A stretch of DNA of 63,435 nt, filler included, from Intoshia linei (GCA_001642005.1; 7 parts of 7 records of this genome joined end to end with filler, not necessarily neighbours in it), one strand, 5' to 3'. Positions 38,321 through 51,194 are shown, counted from the first letter of the whole stretch. Notes: a model not told the origin generated them from the sequence alone. Translations and numbers: made by a program.

Positions 38321-39039
38321 ATGAAACTATTTCAAATTCTGAAGCCTGTAGTGTATGTATCAAAGAATATTGGAACTGTTCCTAGATCCATCATTTCAAC
38401 CAATTTAAATGAATCTAGACTTAATTCACTCGCTTTATATAAAGCTTGGGTTAAAAGTATTACATTGATAGGTAGGTTATTCCATTTTATTTTTAATTTT
38501 TAATTATAGAAGAAATTTATTTTACTGGAAAAACCAGAAATCAAATGATTTCATTATTACGCAAAAAATTTAGAAATGGTAAGCACGAAACCGATCACCG
38601 CAAAATAGATATTCTCATTATAAAAGTATTTTTATCTTTTTTCTCAGTTTCACGAAATCGGTGAAAATACCATTTCTAGAATCTACATCAATTTTAAAAT
38701 GGCAAAATTTTCATGACATACATTGTATATCTCCATACGTTTGACCTACCCACCTAAATCCTTGAAAATCTGATTTTAATATCCGTTAATTTTTACATTT
38801 AAACCGTGTTTTTTTCCTTTGAATATCATTTTAAATTTGTGAATCTATTCTGAAATTGGTTTTGTCTTATTAAATATATGATGATTTCTATTATTTTATT
38901 GTGCTATTAGGGTCATCAAGAACTTGTTGAATGTCTAAAAGTATATAAACATAGAACACACATTATGGACGCATTTGAAGAACACATTGATCCAGAACCT
39001 ACCGATTTTCTCAATAAATTTTATGATCATGTCAAATAA
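38321..39039 (+). CDS. NDUFA6: NADH dehydrogenase 1 alpha subcomplex subunit 6 (LYR family), 131 aa, 3 exons
   Basis: Exons 38321-38471, 38510-38625, 38911-39039. Motifs STNLNESR...LYKAW, LRKKF, DHRKIDILIIKG, KHRTHIM, EPTDFLNKFY. Confidence 0.9.
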
Positions 39040-39654
39040 ATCCTTGTAATTCAATTTTTTTAAATTTAAATTCTGGGATAGTTTTAAAATCGTGAACATT
39101 ATCATAAATAGAAACCTCAAAAAAATAATTTTTAATATATTATCAACCAATATTTTTCAAATATTTCGATTAAAATAAAAATTTGAAAATGTAAATATTG
39201 ATTTTATAATTTCAAAAAAATGTGCATTGAACGTCTACACATCTCTAATAAAGAAATATGGGTGAAAATCTATATAATTCATTCCTTCGGGTTATTTTTC
39301 ATTGCTACGCAATTTTTGGTTCTCAAATTCTCATTTTCAAAAAATTTTGTTTAAAGTTTAAATTAAAACTACAACAACGAAACTAAAAGTAATACAACTT
39401 TGTTAATATCATTTTTATATTTATTACAATCCTTTGCAATATTGGTAAAATTCAATTCAAGTATATTTATAAAGTGAAGATTCCGTTAATTATTGATACA
39501 TAATTGGTATTTTTAAGTATTTATTAAATTGGTACTGAATATATATTATCACATTGAAAATGACAAAATAGGTTTTTATAATTTTATTTTTTCTGGAATT
39601 TATGCTATTTATGGCAATTTTTAGGATTGGACTGTTTTTACTTTATTTTTAATA

Positions 39655-39954
39655 ATATACACACATTCTGTCTAATAAATTAAAAAAATAGGATAAGAAT
39701 TGTCTTGAAAATTATTTACGCCAATGTTAGAACAAAATTAAGATGGAATTATTCAATTTAAAGTAAAAAGTAATGTGATATGACGATTTCACCTGAAACA
39801 AGTTTGGGAACCACTTCTTTAAAGGATGGATAGTAGTGAATAGTAGGATTTTTAAGTTAGATTTTCAATGTCAATTTATTTTTTTGGTAGAATAAAAATG
39901 TACCCTTGACAGAGCTAGGTGCTGTTTGTACGTAGTACATAACAGTCAACCTAG
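39655..39954 (+). mobile_element. 3' portion of a Helitron-like element (sister copy at about 59226-59518)
   Basis: Ends with hairpin CTGTTTGTAC-GTA-GTACATAACAG then TCAAC-CTAG|T. Shares ATACACACATTCTGTCTAATAAATT with 59229. An opposite-strand 3' end lies at 40011-40065. Confidence 0.75.
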
Positions 39955-40170
39955 TAAAATAATAAAAATAATTGTCAATTTCAGTCAATTTGTAATTTAT
40001 TAGATAAAAACTAGCTTGGCTGGTTTGTAGTTATTACAAACAGCACCTTGCTCTGTCGAGGGCGGATATATTTAATTTTAGCATTCAAAAATAAATCTAT
40101 TATGGCTCAAATCACTTTTACGAACCCATTAAAGTAAATAAACAGTAAACAAAAATTTATTACCGTAGAT

Positions 40171-40493
40171 AAGTTTTTTCCAACCATTTTTGGTTGGCGA
40201 CACATTTCAATCTCAAAAAAAATTCGCGACACACTAATCAAAAAAATAAACGATTGATTAATGAATATAGTTGAACCAATTTTTTTCTAATAATAATCTG
40301 AAAATAAGCTACAGTATGTAAAATTTATCATCATCACTAAAAATATCTTTGATTTGCATTTTTACGTCTTCCAATTGTATTGTCTGCTAATGGAATTTAA
40401 AAAAAAATTCAATAAAATGTTAAGTTTCGCGACACATCTGGAAATCATTGGCGACACACAAAAGTGTCACGACACACCGGTTGGAAAGCACCG
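40171..40493. mobile_element. hAT MITE with GCGACACA subterminal repeats
   Basis: TIR core TTTCCAACC / GGTTGGAAA; perfect TSD CCGTAGAT (40163-40170, 40494-40501). Confidence 0.85.
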
Positions 40494-40572
40494 CCGTAGA
40501 TCATAACTTCATATAATTCTACTGAAAATTTTTCTAAATGTATATCAAAATGAATACATTATGATGATTAAT

Positions 40573-41063
40573 CAGGGTTTCCAACTGCGTTATTTTCCTT
40601 CTAAGAATTCGATTTTTCAAATTTAACTTAGGGCTCAGGGTTAAGTGATATTTCACAGGGTAATTTAATTATTTCAATAAAAATCATCAGATCAGACATA
40701 TTTTATTTATATTCTATAATTTTTTTCTCTATGATGAAAGACTCTTAGTGTTAGCAGTTAATTTTATTCCATTACTTAGAGACACCCATATTTTGTTTTT
40801 TTCTCTAAAGTATTCATCATGAAGTCATTTTGAAATGTGCTATTTGCTATATGTCATGAAAAATTTTAAGTATTCATTTTGAAATTTGCAATAAAAATTG
40901 TGTGTAAACTGTTATTATTTTTTAAAAAAGAGACCCCCACAATAAAAGAGAGATTCCAAAAAAAAATTTCGCATACGGCGAAATTTCATAACACGCTGCG
41001 CTTCACTATATGACGTTTCGCTCAAAAAATTGGGTTGAGAATAACTTAATGTTGGTAAACCTT
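40573..41063. mobile_element. hAT MITE
   Basis: TIR CAGGGTTTCCAAC / GTTGGTAAACCTT; perfect TSD TGATTAAT (40565-40572, 41064-41071). Confidence 0.8.
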
Positions 41064-41359
41064 TGATTAATTAAAAAAAAATTGTTATCTAACCTATTTC
41101 TGATATCATGATCTTATTGAGACTCATTGAGACGTCTCATCTTTATACTTTTGGTCTTTTTTCAGGTGAATGTTACTTTTCTTTTTGGCATTTTCAAACA
41201 ATGAGTTATTTTATTTTATAAATACGTTGCTGTAGTGTTAAAATTTAAGTAAAGTTTATNNNNNNNNNNNNNNNNNNNNNNNNNNNNNNNNNNNNNNNNN
41301 NNNTTAATTAATTAANNNNNNNNNNNNNNNNNNNNNNNNNNNNNNNNNNNNNNNNNNNN

Positions 41360-41878
41360 ACATCTTTATGGATATTTTCCCATTCTGTCAATATTATCTG
41401 CGTCAGCTGATCTTTATTTTTAAATTGTCTGCATTTTTGTATACGGACCTTGCTAAAATTCCCCATAAGTTTTCTATTGGGTTAAGATCAGGAGACTTCG
41501 ATGGCCAGTTCATTACATTAACAGAATGTTCATCAAACCATGTTTTGACCTTACCAAAAGTGTGGATTGGAGCATTATCTTGTTCAAAAATGTAATCTGT
41601 ACCATAATGAAAGTGAGCAAATGGAAGTATAAATTCAAATAAGGTAAAAATATAATCCTCAGAGTTCTGATTTCCATTCAGAATCGGATTTGGATTTGCC
41701 TTTCTGTGAAAATTCTCCCATACCACCTCCACTTTGGCGTGTAGAGTAGACTTTTTTTCCTTTCGTAAATCATCTCAATAAAACTGGAATCAATCAGGAC
41801 CGTCCAAATTGAATTTTTTTTCATCCGAGAATATCACAGAATTCCAATTTAGACCCAAATCCACGCATTTTCTGGCTA
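41360..41878 (-). pseudogene. Tc3-like (DD34E) transposase catalytic-domain remnant
   Basis: WNSVIFSDEKKFNLDGPD* ... FEQDNAPIH ... WPSKSPDLNPIENLWGILARSVY, with stops and frameshifts. Confidence 0.9.
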
Positions 41879-42870
41879 AAAAAATCAAAAAAAAATAATA
41901 AAAGTGGCAGAAGAAAAATAATGGTATCAACAAGCGTACTTTTTAATACCTTTTTTACAGTCAGCGACAACTAATATGCTAGGAAAAATAAAATATTTAA
42001 TACTCAATATAAATTTCATTTAAAAAAAAAGGATATTATTTGAGTTAAAAAAGACAGCACAAATATTGTTGACTCTGAAATTGTTGTCATTTAGGCTGGG
42101 AGACATTTACCTAAAAAAGTAAATTAACGCTAAAGTTTAACTTTATTTTTAATACCATATAAACTCAATTATTGTAAAATATTATGAAAATATAAGTACG
42201 CACTTCAATATCTCCATCGTACTATTTGATTTTATCTTAATACGCATTTTTTTTATAATCTAACTAACTATTTTAAATTTAATTTTAATTCAAAATTTAA
42301 TTTATTAGTTTAAAAAGGTTAAATTAATAAATAAAAAGAATTGATGATATTATGTCTGCATTTAATAACACTAAATTTATGTTCCATTCAATATAATAAA
42401 AGATTTTACCCTACCACGAAGTAAGCAATTTGATAGCCTAGAACAACTTGTGCTGTTGATATATACACCATATCAAGAGATGTAAAGGGGTAGAAAGTTT
42501 GAATTCAATTGGGAAAGGTTACATTTTTCACCTAGCACAATAGATGTCGCGAACTGTTAATAGCGATGAAATATTCATGTTAATAGACCAAAAAATAATA
42601 TAAATCAATCAATTGGACCTATGTTATTGCGCGCACTGTATTTATGATGACGAATAAAATTTATTCCAAATAAACTAAAAGTGATAGTACCTATTTTTCT
42701 GGCCACTTTAAGTTAATACATGTGGGATAATTAATTATCGTCTATCTTGTTCAGGTTGTTTAGGTAATATAATAAGATGAGTAGTGAATTTATTGATACG
42801 TGGTTATTTATTATCGAGTCGGTACTAGAGCAACCAGAAATTGACTGTATTTTTAGTCTTTTTAGTCTGT

Positions 42871-43038
42871 TTTTAATCTGTTTTTAGCACATTCTTAGTC
42901 TAGCATTTTACACTAAATGTAAATTTTACACTGCAAATCATGCATATTGTGAATAATTTTGAACTAAGAATTGTTATCTAATTTTCATATGCACAGTAAA
43001 AATGCAATAGACTAGGAATGTGCTAAAAACAGACTAAA
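42871..43038. repeat. Small inverted-repeat element (about 40-bp arms)
   Basis: TCTGTTTTTAGCACATTCTTAGTCTA..GCATTTT versus AAAATGCAATAGACTAGGAATGTGCTAAAAACAGA. Confidence 0.75.
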
Positions 43039-43486
43039 TTGTCAAAATATAGGATATAAATTTAAATACAAATTGACATTGGTGTCTCTGTCGGTACGGA
43101 AGGTTTCGCAATTCCATTATCATTTCACTATTTCCCAAAAATCCAAAATAGATGCTAAAAAATTAAAATATTTAATTTCACTTTTATATACCAGTGAGTA
43201 AAGGATAGTCTTAACTTAATTTAATTTTTAACAAAATTTTTTATCTCTATTACATCAAGCAGATTGAACTTTTTTTAAATTATATCAAATGAAAAATTCA
43301 AAAGTAAGTCAAAAAACTATACATTTAAATTGAATATATTGAATTATAATTATACATCGTTACATAATATAATATTGTTTACATTTTTATAACTAATGAA
43401 GGATAATTACAATTTATTTACAATTTACAAAACAAGCTAAAATAAAATTTATACAGGTTTACGGTTTGAATTAAATTTACAATAGG

Positions 43487-44061
43487 TTAATCTTTGTTGC
43501 TATTAGATGTGGATCTGAAACGACGAGTGATTGATTTAGAAAGTGAAGTCTAAATGCAAAAAAATAAAAGCAAATTGAGTTTTATTTTTATTATAAACAA
43601 AAAACATACTCTTTTTTCTTTTAAATCCTTGGATGATGACTGTTTCGAAAATCGCAGCGTTTTGACAAAACTAGATCCTAGATTACTATTACTACCCCGT
43701 CTTTTTAAACTTGAATTTCTAAAATCAAAAATATATTAGTGTACATAAAGATTACTTTGATTTTTTTATAAGTTGTTCTAACTCGGTAATGACGTGTCGT
43801 CTAATATATGCCTTTGATGTGGGGATCCCCAATGCAGTAGCGAAAGATTCACCAACAAAAGAAGAATCATTCATTAAAACGTAGCCATGAATTCCAGTCT
43901 CTTTTAAGTTGTTTGAGTATTCCTAAATATCAGGTTATACATTAAAACACAACAAAAACTGATAAATCAATTGATTGGAGCCATTTTATTATTCTCTGAC
44001 TGCTCCAAACTTCTAAATCCTCATTTTCTTCTAAACTTTCACATCTACGCCTTTCTATAGC
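43487..44061 (-). CDS. KAZN: Kazrin/liprin-family protein, last four exons only (third SAM domain and tail)
   Basis: Exons 44061-43960, 43922-43756, 43718-43610, 43549-43487; introns 37, 37 and 60 nt. AIERRRCE...VWSSQRIIKWLQSIDLSEYSNNLKETGIHGYVLM...FATALGIPTSKAYIRRHV matches kazrin SAM3. 5' exons not found. Confidence 0.8.
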
Positions 44062-44274
44062 CTATTAATATATGATTAGTTACACTTTAATAAATATTTA
44101 AATACCAAAATGGCGGTATTGATAGGCCTGCCTGTTAGACAGTCGTGTCAAACTTACCGAACGCGGGACGAATGCGCCCCATTTCAAATTTTAGTGCGTC
44201 CCGCCGCGACTTGGTATATTTATATAATATATATATATATATATATAAGTATATATACTATAAATTATGGATAC

Positions 44275-46049
44275 TTAATTCTGCAACCATTTTAAAAATT
44301 AATTAATTGTTACAATTAAACCATTTTAAAATTTTAAAATAATTTATTTAGTAACTAGCCAAAATCGGTTAGTAGATCTAATATTAAAAAGTTTTAAAAA
44401 GTTTATTTTATCAGATAATTACAATTTAAAATATCTTGTCGCGATTTTGCTCAACAAATTATAAAAAATAACCCCCAGATTTCTGCATTTGACCTCAAGA
44501 ATGAACTGAAAATTAAAAAATTCCACAAAATTTCCATATCTAGAGTCGTACATGCCTATATAGATAATGGAAATGTTGTTAACAAGAGGGTGAATAATTC
44601 TAGACCAGAAAAAATTGGACTAAAGGAGCGTGGCTTGATAAAAAGGAAATTCTCCACCGAGCCAGACATTTCAGCCCGGGAAGTTGCCAAGGTACACAAT
44701 GTCCATGACAAAATGATTACAAAAATGTTAAAAAGTCATTATGGAATGGCATTCCACAAAAAAAAAAGGCTCCAAAATACAAAAATGAAAAAATAAACAA
44801 GATCAAAATAACTCTTGGATGTCTTTATCGCTTGCATTTCATTGGCCAGAATGCGCCTACGTATATTGTCTTGGACCATGAAACGTACATCACTGGTAAC
44901 GATTATGCAAAATTTTCTCCTCAAGGATACTATTCTGCAGATCCTCACTTAACAAACGATTCATTCAAGTATAAAATGGTGGAGAAATTCCCATTTAAAG
45001 TAGGGTTGTGGTATGCCATCTCAGATTTTGGAGTGTCACCATATTACACGTGGCGTCAAGGGCTTGCAATCAACCAGAAATTATACAAGGAACAATGCCT
45101 TTAAAGGAAAATGATTAAATGGATAGAAAACAATTGTGAAATTAGAAGTGCTCTGTTTTGGCCTGATAAAGCGAGCTGTCATTATNTTTTAAAATAATTT
45201 ATTTAGTAACTAGCCAAAATCGGTTAATATATACAATATTAAAACAGTGTTTTAAAAAGTTTATTTCATCAGATAATTACAATTTAAAATGTCTTGTCGC
45301 GATTTTGCTCAACAAATTATAAAAAATAACCCCCAGATTTCTGCATTTCACCGAAGGAATGAACTAAAAATTAAAAAATTCCACAAAAGTTCCATATCAA
45401 GAGTCGTACATGCCTATATAGATAATGGAAATGTTGTTGACAAGAGGGTGAATAATTTTAGACCAGAAAAAATTGGACCGAAGTAGCGTGGCTTGATAAA
45501 AAGGAAATTCTCCACCGAGCCAGACATTTCAGCCAGGGAATTTGCCAAGGTACACAATGTCCATCACAAAACGATTACAAAAATGTTAAAAGGTCATTAT
45601 GGAATAGCATTCCACAAAAAAAAAATGCTCCAAAATAACAAAATGAAAAAATAAACGAGATCAAAATGACTCTTGGACGTCTTTATCACTTCCATTTCAT
45701 TGGCCAGAATGCGCCTACGTATATTGTCATGGACGATGAAACGTACATCACTGGTAACGATTATGCAAAATTTTCTTCTCAAGGATACTCAGGAACAAAC
45801 AACTTAAGCTTGTACTCTACAAATGTACCCCAGTTTCGACCAATTGAAAATGCTCACTCAATTATCAAGCGTGAAATATTCAAGAATAAGTTCAATCCAA
45901 AAAATGCCGACGAATTGGAGGAGAAAATCCATTCAGTGCTGAAAAACCGTGACACTCTTCTGAAATGCATCACTCTCGGTTTTAGTCGAAAAGTTAGAGT
46001 TCTCTGCGATCAAGGAAGGCGTAATGAATTATTTTCCAATGTAAAATAG
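44275..46049 (+). mobile_element. Two partial tandem copies of an ITmD37E-like (DD37E) transposon joined at a single N (45186)
   Basis: About 44330-44930 is repeated at about 45187-45788. Motifs IVMDDETY, KFPFKVGLWYAIS, LFWPDKASCHY and NVPQFRPIEN are characteristic. Stops and frameshifts present; copy 2 is internally deleted. Confidence 0.85.
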
Positions 46050-46434
46050 TAATTAAATATGTAAGTTTAAAATGTTATAGCTAAGGCAAGAAAAAGTCAG
46101 ATAAGTTAAAATTTGATATGTTAAATAGTTTAACATTTCCAGCATGATGGCACCAATATCGTCAATATTAATTGGTTAATTAAAATTTTATAAAGTTACT
46201 ACGGTTAGAAAAGTTAAAATTTTTTTTAAAAGTTATAAAGTTAGATTTTGAAATATTCAATTGAAATGAAATGAAAATTGAAATGTAAGATATTATTTTT
46301 TTGGTAGAATTAAAAAAGTCTACCTCGGCAGAGCTAAGTGCTTTGTAAGTAGTACAAAACAGTCAACCCAATATTTTGTATAATTATTAGTTATTATTTT
46401 TTATTAATTTAATTATAATTATATATTATGTTAG

Positions 46435-47302
46435 AGCATAACAAGGAATTATTTGGTATTCTACAATGTATTTCAGGCATGCGGGTATAATTATTATTTA
46501 AACTTAGAAATGTATTATATATTTTAGATGGACATTAATTATAGGAATTTATTTGTATACTTTGATCTTTCAAAGCCTCAGTGAAGTTCCTATTAATACT
46601 TTTAAATTTTTGGCTTTCTTTCAAACACTTGCTGTAATGGAAGTAAAAAAATTCATTTTAGTAATAAACGGGAGTAATTAATTAGTTTAGATTTTTCATA
46701 TATTATTTGGATTAATTAAATCGTCTGTATTCAGGACAATTCCGCAATATTCATCAAGAGTATTTATTTTATGGTTTTGTGGTTATATTCACATGTCGGT
46801 AATAGATTTTAATAGAGCATATGAGTATATGATTTTAATTAAACATATATTTTTATATTGAATTGATAGACTCAAAGTCCATCAAATACATGTGTTTATA
46901 CTATGGCATGGTCATTGTCCGAAATTATACGATACAGTCATTATGCCGGTAAATTAAGTAATAATGAATTCAAGTTTATTGGCGTTTTACGATATTCTGC
47001 ATTTATTGTTCTGTATCCGGTTGGAGTGGCGGTATATAATAATTAATATGTAATATGTAATGTGTTAGTCTGAATTGGTTGCATCTTGGCTGGCTATGCA
47101 AAAAGTTAGATCTAAAATGTTGTTGTCATACAACTATGATATTCAATATGCCATTTATTTTCAAATAATTGTCTGGATTATATGTATCATTGTTAAAATC
47201 TAGTTTTATTTCAATTTAGCTCTACATATTCTGTACCAATATTTGCTTGGTGAAAGAAAAAAGTATTTCTTGCAACAAAAAAAATCAGATAAAACAGAAT
47301 AA
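46435..47302 (+). CDS. HACD: Very-long-chain 3-hydroxyacyl-CoA dehydratase (HACD/PTPL/PHS1 family); start exon unresolved
   Basis: Exons 46435-46484, 46528-46642, 46691-46798, 46870-47031, 47069-47183, 47220-47302 (210 aa). Motifs YLVFYN, FQTLAVMEIFH, AWSLSEIIRY, RYSAFIVLYPVGVASE (catalytic Y and E). Candidate start exon ATG at 46271. Confidence 0.92.
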
Positions 47303-47699
47303 ATTGATTCGTTGTTTATTAAATTATACATGTATTAATATTTTTGTTTGCATCATATAAATACAATTAGGTATACAATTTTTTATATATCCTCATTTTA
47401 CGATACTTTGATATCATTCGTATATTTAATCTACTGATAACATTGTGACACTTAAGACTTACTTATCAATGTAATAATATTTAATATATTTGGATTAATA
47501 TGTAACATAAATACTGCATAGTTATTAAATTATTAAAGATCATTAAATTTAATAGAACGTTTACATATTATAAAAATGTAAGTGCACATGTATTATATGT
47601 TCACAATCGTCCAGTGTAATGACATGATTAAAATGGAATAGAGGTCATTAAAATAAAAAGGAGAAGATATCCAAGTTAGTTTTTTACGATAATTTAACC

Positions 47700-48348
47700 A
47701 TGTTGAAATGTAAAAAGCACCCGATATATTTTATGATTGTGATATTAATTTACACAAAAATGGTCAATTCTAGATATTATTTTTCTTGTTCATTCGAAAG
47801 AAGCGTATGTGGTTTGATAAACACACATTATAATCAATCATGGATGGGAATTTTGCAACCTTATAAAAATGAACCACATAAAGCCTACCATGGTAAATGG
47901 TTCCTCGCGTCCAACAAACCAGCAATGTAAATTTTATATATATTTTATTATACCCGTAGTAATGTAAATTAAATCATGGTACTTGGTATAAATATATATA
48001 TTTAGCTTGGAATCTGAAAATTTTAATTTTGATAACATGATTTGTGTCGATTTTTACATGTATAATAAATCCCCTGAATCTTTGCTGTCAATCTATCGCA
48101 ATAATTCAAAAATTGAACGCTTGTTTGATGTAAAAGGTAGTTTGTATAAAAAATGGACGCGTGTTCAATTGCAAATTCATATCAAAAAATTTGACAGCGT
48201 AAATTGTCTTAATTTAATAATTTATAGTTAAAATATATTAACGTGTAAACAATTTATATTTATTCTAAACAGATTTTCTTTCAACATAATGGACCATATA
48301 ACATGATTTCGTTGGATTTAGTTCAAATTATGGAAGGGGATTGTTTAG
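47700..48348 (+). CDS. MAM-domain protein with hydrophobic N-terminus, first three exons
   Basis: Exons 47700-47926, 48006-48198, 48273-48348. CSFERSVCG..W..HGKWFL..LES..CVDFYM..WTRVQL..ISLDLVQIMEGDC follows the MAM consensus and ends at a phase-1 donor. 3' end not resolved. Confidence 0.8.
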
Positions 48349-49633
48349 GTAAATTTATACTATGATTTTTAAAAATAAAAATTGGAAATAGCTTATAATA
48401 AGTGCAACAAATTTCATGTACATTGTACAATAGGGCTATTCCAATTTGGACTTTTTTTGAAATTTAAGAGACATATATAGACAATAATCTACATTTAATT
48501 TGCTGCACAATAATATAAATTTTTTTATTTTCGTCACACAAACCCACCGCGTCTTTACCTTTTAGTGTTTTCCTAACATTTTTCATAATAAAAAAATATG
48601 GCTACATTTTTTCACCGTAGTTGCCATTCATTTGTTATAATCTTAAGATAACATTGATAATGTTACACTAATGATATTAATTAACAAAAATCAATAAAAA
48701 ATCGTTTAGTTTAGACACAGTTCATTGACAAACTTTTCGTCATTTTTAAAAAAATTATATAATTTCAAAAAAAGACATGAATTTATATGAACTGGGTCAA
48801 AATATTTTAAATGCTTCTACTCAAATATTTTTGAAGTACAATTGCAAAAAAATAATTTTGTTAAGTTTATAATATTAAGAGTAAAAACAAATTTAAAAAT
48901 GATAAAATTTAATTTATCACTTTTTTGAATAATTTATTACCGTAGATACTATTTATATTTCTTAACTATTTTTTTACATAAGTACATTTTTACATAGAAA
49001 ATTGGTACGAATTTAAATTAAATTGAATTTAACAAACATTAATTAATGTCGAAAATGATTTTTTAACAAGGTTCAATGGTCATTATTATACCGTTTGATT
49101 CAACAAAATATGAAAAAATTTCGAATATTTCTTGTTAACTTTCAAAACATGAAATCAAATTAATTAAAAAAATATTTCAATTTTAATAAATATTTAAATT
49201 TACAAATTTAGAAACTGTAAATTATAGAAATTTCAAAGCAAAAAAACATATCATGAAAAACAACATAAATAATATAGGTTTATTTTTATATTGAATAAGA
49301 TAAACGGGTATGCCCTAGCTATGCGCAATTTAAGTGCCTATATAACATGTGGTTGGGTCAATTTCAATTATTACTATAATGCAGTGTTTTTCAAACTTTT
49401 TTCTTTTAGGGGTTGTTAGGGTTAGAAGTAATTTATAACTTATTAATATCAAAATTTGTTCTTTGTATAAATATGTATGTAGTATTGGTATCATCCCAAC
49501 ACTAAATACAGATAGAAAATAAAATTCATATTAATTGTAAACCGTATAAAAACGTGTTTTAAAAATTAAACGTTTTTCATTATAAATTTTAAATACGACA
49601 TTACATTTTTAAAACACAAAAAAATTACAAATT

Positions 49634-50338
49634 ATGTCTAAATACAATATACAAGCTGTGGATAAGAAAGCTAAGACCATCGATGAAATTGAAGACGAAT
49701 TATTCACACTAATGAATCTTACGTGTATCACCGATAAAGAGAAATGGCTATTTTTCCGAATCGAGCTTGAAAAGGACGAATTCTTGAATTTATTAAAGGA
49801 GAAAGCAAAATCTCCCGATATGAGCCCGATAGAAGCCTACAAAAGTTGTCATAAAAAGTTATATGCCTGTCAAACTAAGTATAGGTATGAAACAATTTAA
49901 TAATTACAGCACATCTATATTATTCGTTTGTAATAAGACCTACTCACCACTGGTTACACAGTATTTACAAATTTTCTCTGAAAAACCTGGCAGAATCCGT
50001 AATTATTTCCATTCAATAGATTTAATTCCAAACACTAGTGTATGTAACAGTTCTATCTATTTTATTCCTTACAACCTTCCAAAAATATTTTCAAATCAAA
50101 TTAAAGAAATGCTGCAAGCTAAAATAATCGAAACATCAAACTCGGCATACAGATCTCCTTATTTTTTCGTTCCTAAGAAAGATGGATCCCAAATGTTAGT
50201 CATCGACTTCCGAAAACTAAATAAGATCACTAAAACAGACGCATACCCAATAATGAATCTTAACACTATCAAGGGACACAGTTCAATTCTCGTTTAATGG
50301 GAGATTTGTGCAAAAAATTCGGTATTAAGCATTCGTTA
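49634..50338 (+). mobile_element. Internally deleted Ty3/Gypsy LTR-retrotransposon fragment
   Basis: RT N-terminus SAYRSPYFFVPKKDGSQMLVIDFRKLNKITKTDAYP runs directly into integrase-like QGTQFNSRLMGDLCKKFGIKHS in a shifted frame. Preceded by an 88-aa possible gag piece; cut by a gap. Confidence 0.85.
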
Positions 50339-50491
50339 NNNNNNNNNNNNNNNNNNNNNNNNNNNNNNNNNNNNNNNNNNNNTTAATTAATTAANNNNNN
50401 NNNNNNNNNNNNNNNNNNNNNNNNNNNNNNNNNNNNNNCATCTTTTTATTTAAGATGAACTTATCAGAGTTCTTATCTGCCAATCGTTACA

Positions 50492-51194
50492 GTGTAGACG
50501 TACTATACACATTTTTTTTGAAATTGTAGGATCTATAAATACATTTTCAATTTTTGATTTTAATCAAAATATTTAAAAAATATTGGTTAATAACAAATTA
50601 AAAATTATTTTTCACCCGGAATGCGTAGATTTCTGGGGTTAAAATTTTGTATTTATATCAACTGGAATAAGGCTCTACAGAAAGATCCTTTTTTGAAATT
50701 TTCGTTAATTATTTCATATTTTTTGTTTTAATAAAATATTTCGGAAAAAAAATAAATGAATACTAAAATGCTTTTTTGACCGTGATTTATTCGAATTGAA
50801 ATTTTTTATGTGTGTTAACATGATGCAACTCTACCACCTGTAAATTTTTTGAAATTCTAGGGCTGTTTTCAAAAAAAAGGAATTTGGGGTTTTAGCCATG
50901 AAGGTATAATTTTTTTAAATTTAAATTTATGATAATGTTTATGATTTTAAAATCTGTATCAGTGTATATATTTTTTTAAATTCTATAACTCGTTTAATTT
51001 TCAAAAAGAGAGACAACAGGGGTTTTTGATCCTTAAGATGTATAATTGGGAGGTTAAAATATATCTTAATATACGTTCCGAAAAAAACTGTAATTGAAAC
51101 GTGGTCTTTAAAAAATTCTAAGATGGGTAGTTATTTAAATAAAGCTGAACACACACACAAACAAAAATCGCGTTGCATTTTATATAAGTTAGGA
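50492..51194 (-). mobile_element. Helitron-like copy (5' portion)
   Basis: Colinear with about 32095-32570 and 18680-19174; same terminus CACACACAAACAAAAATCGCG...ATATAAGTTAGGA|T. Confidence 0.8.

Noticed and set aside
46060-46170. Minus-strand peptide IDDIG..MLNYLT as a missing kazrin SAM2 exon
   Set aside because: Motif spacing does not fit the SAM2 consensus and splice sites are lacking.
49405-49500. TTAGGG-like stretch as telomeric repeat, and TGGTATCA as a primer-binding site or LTR
   Set aside because: Only two or three imperfect units; no second LTR or convincing tRNA complement is visible.
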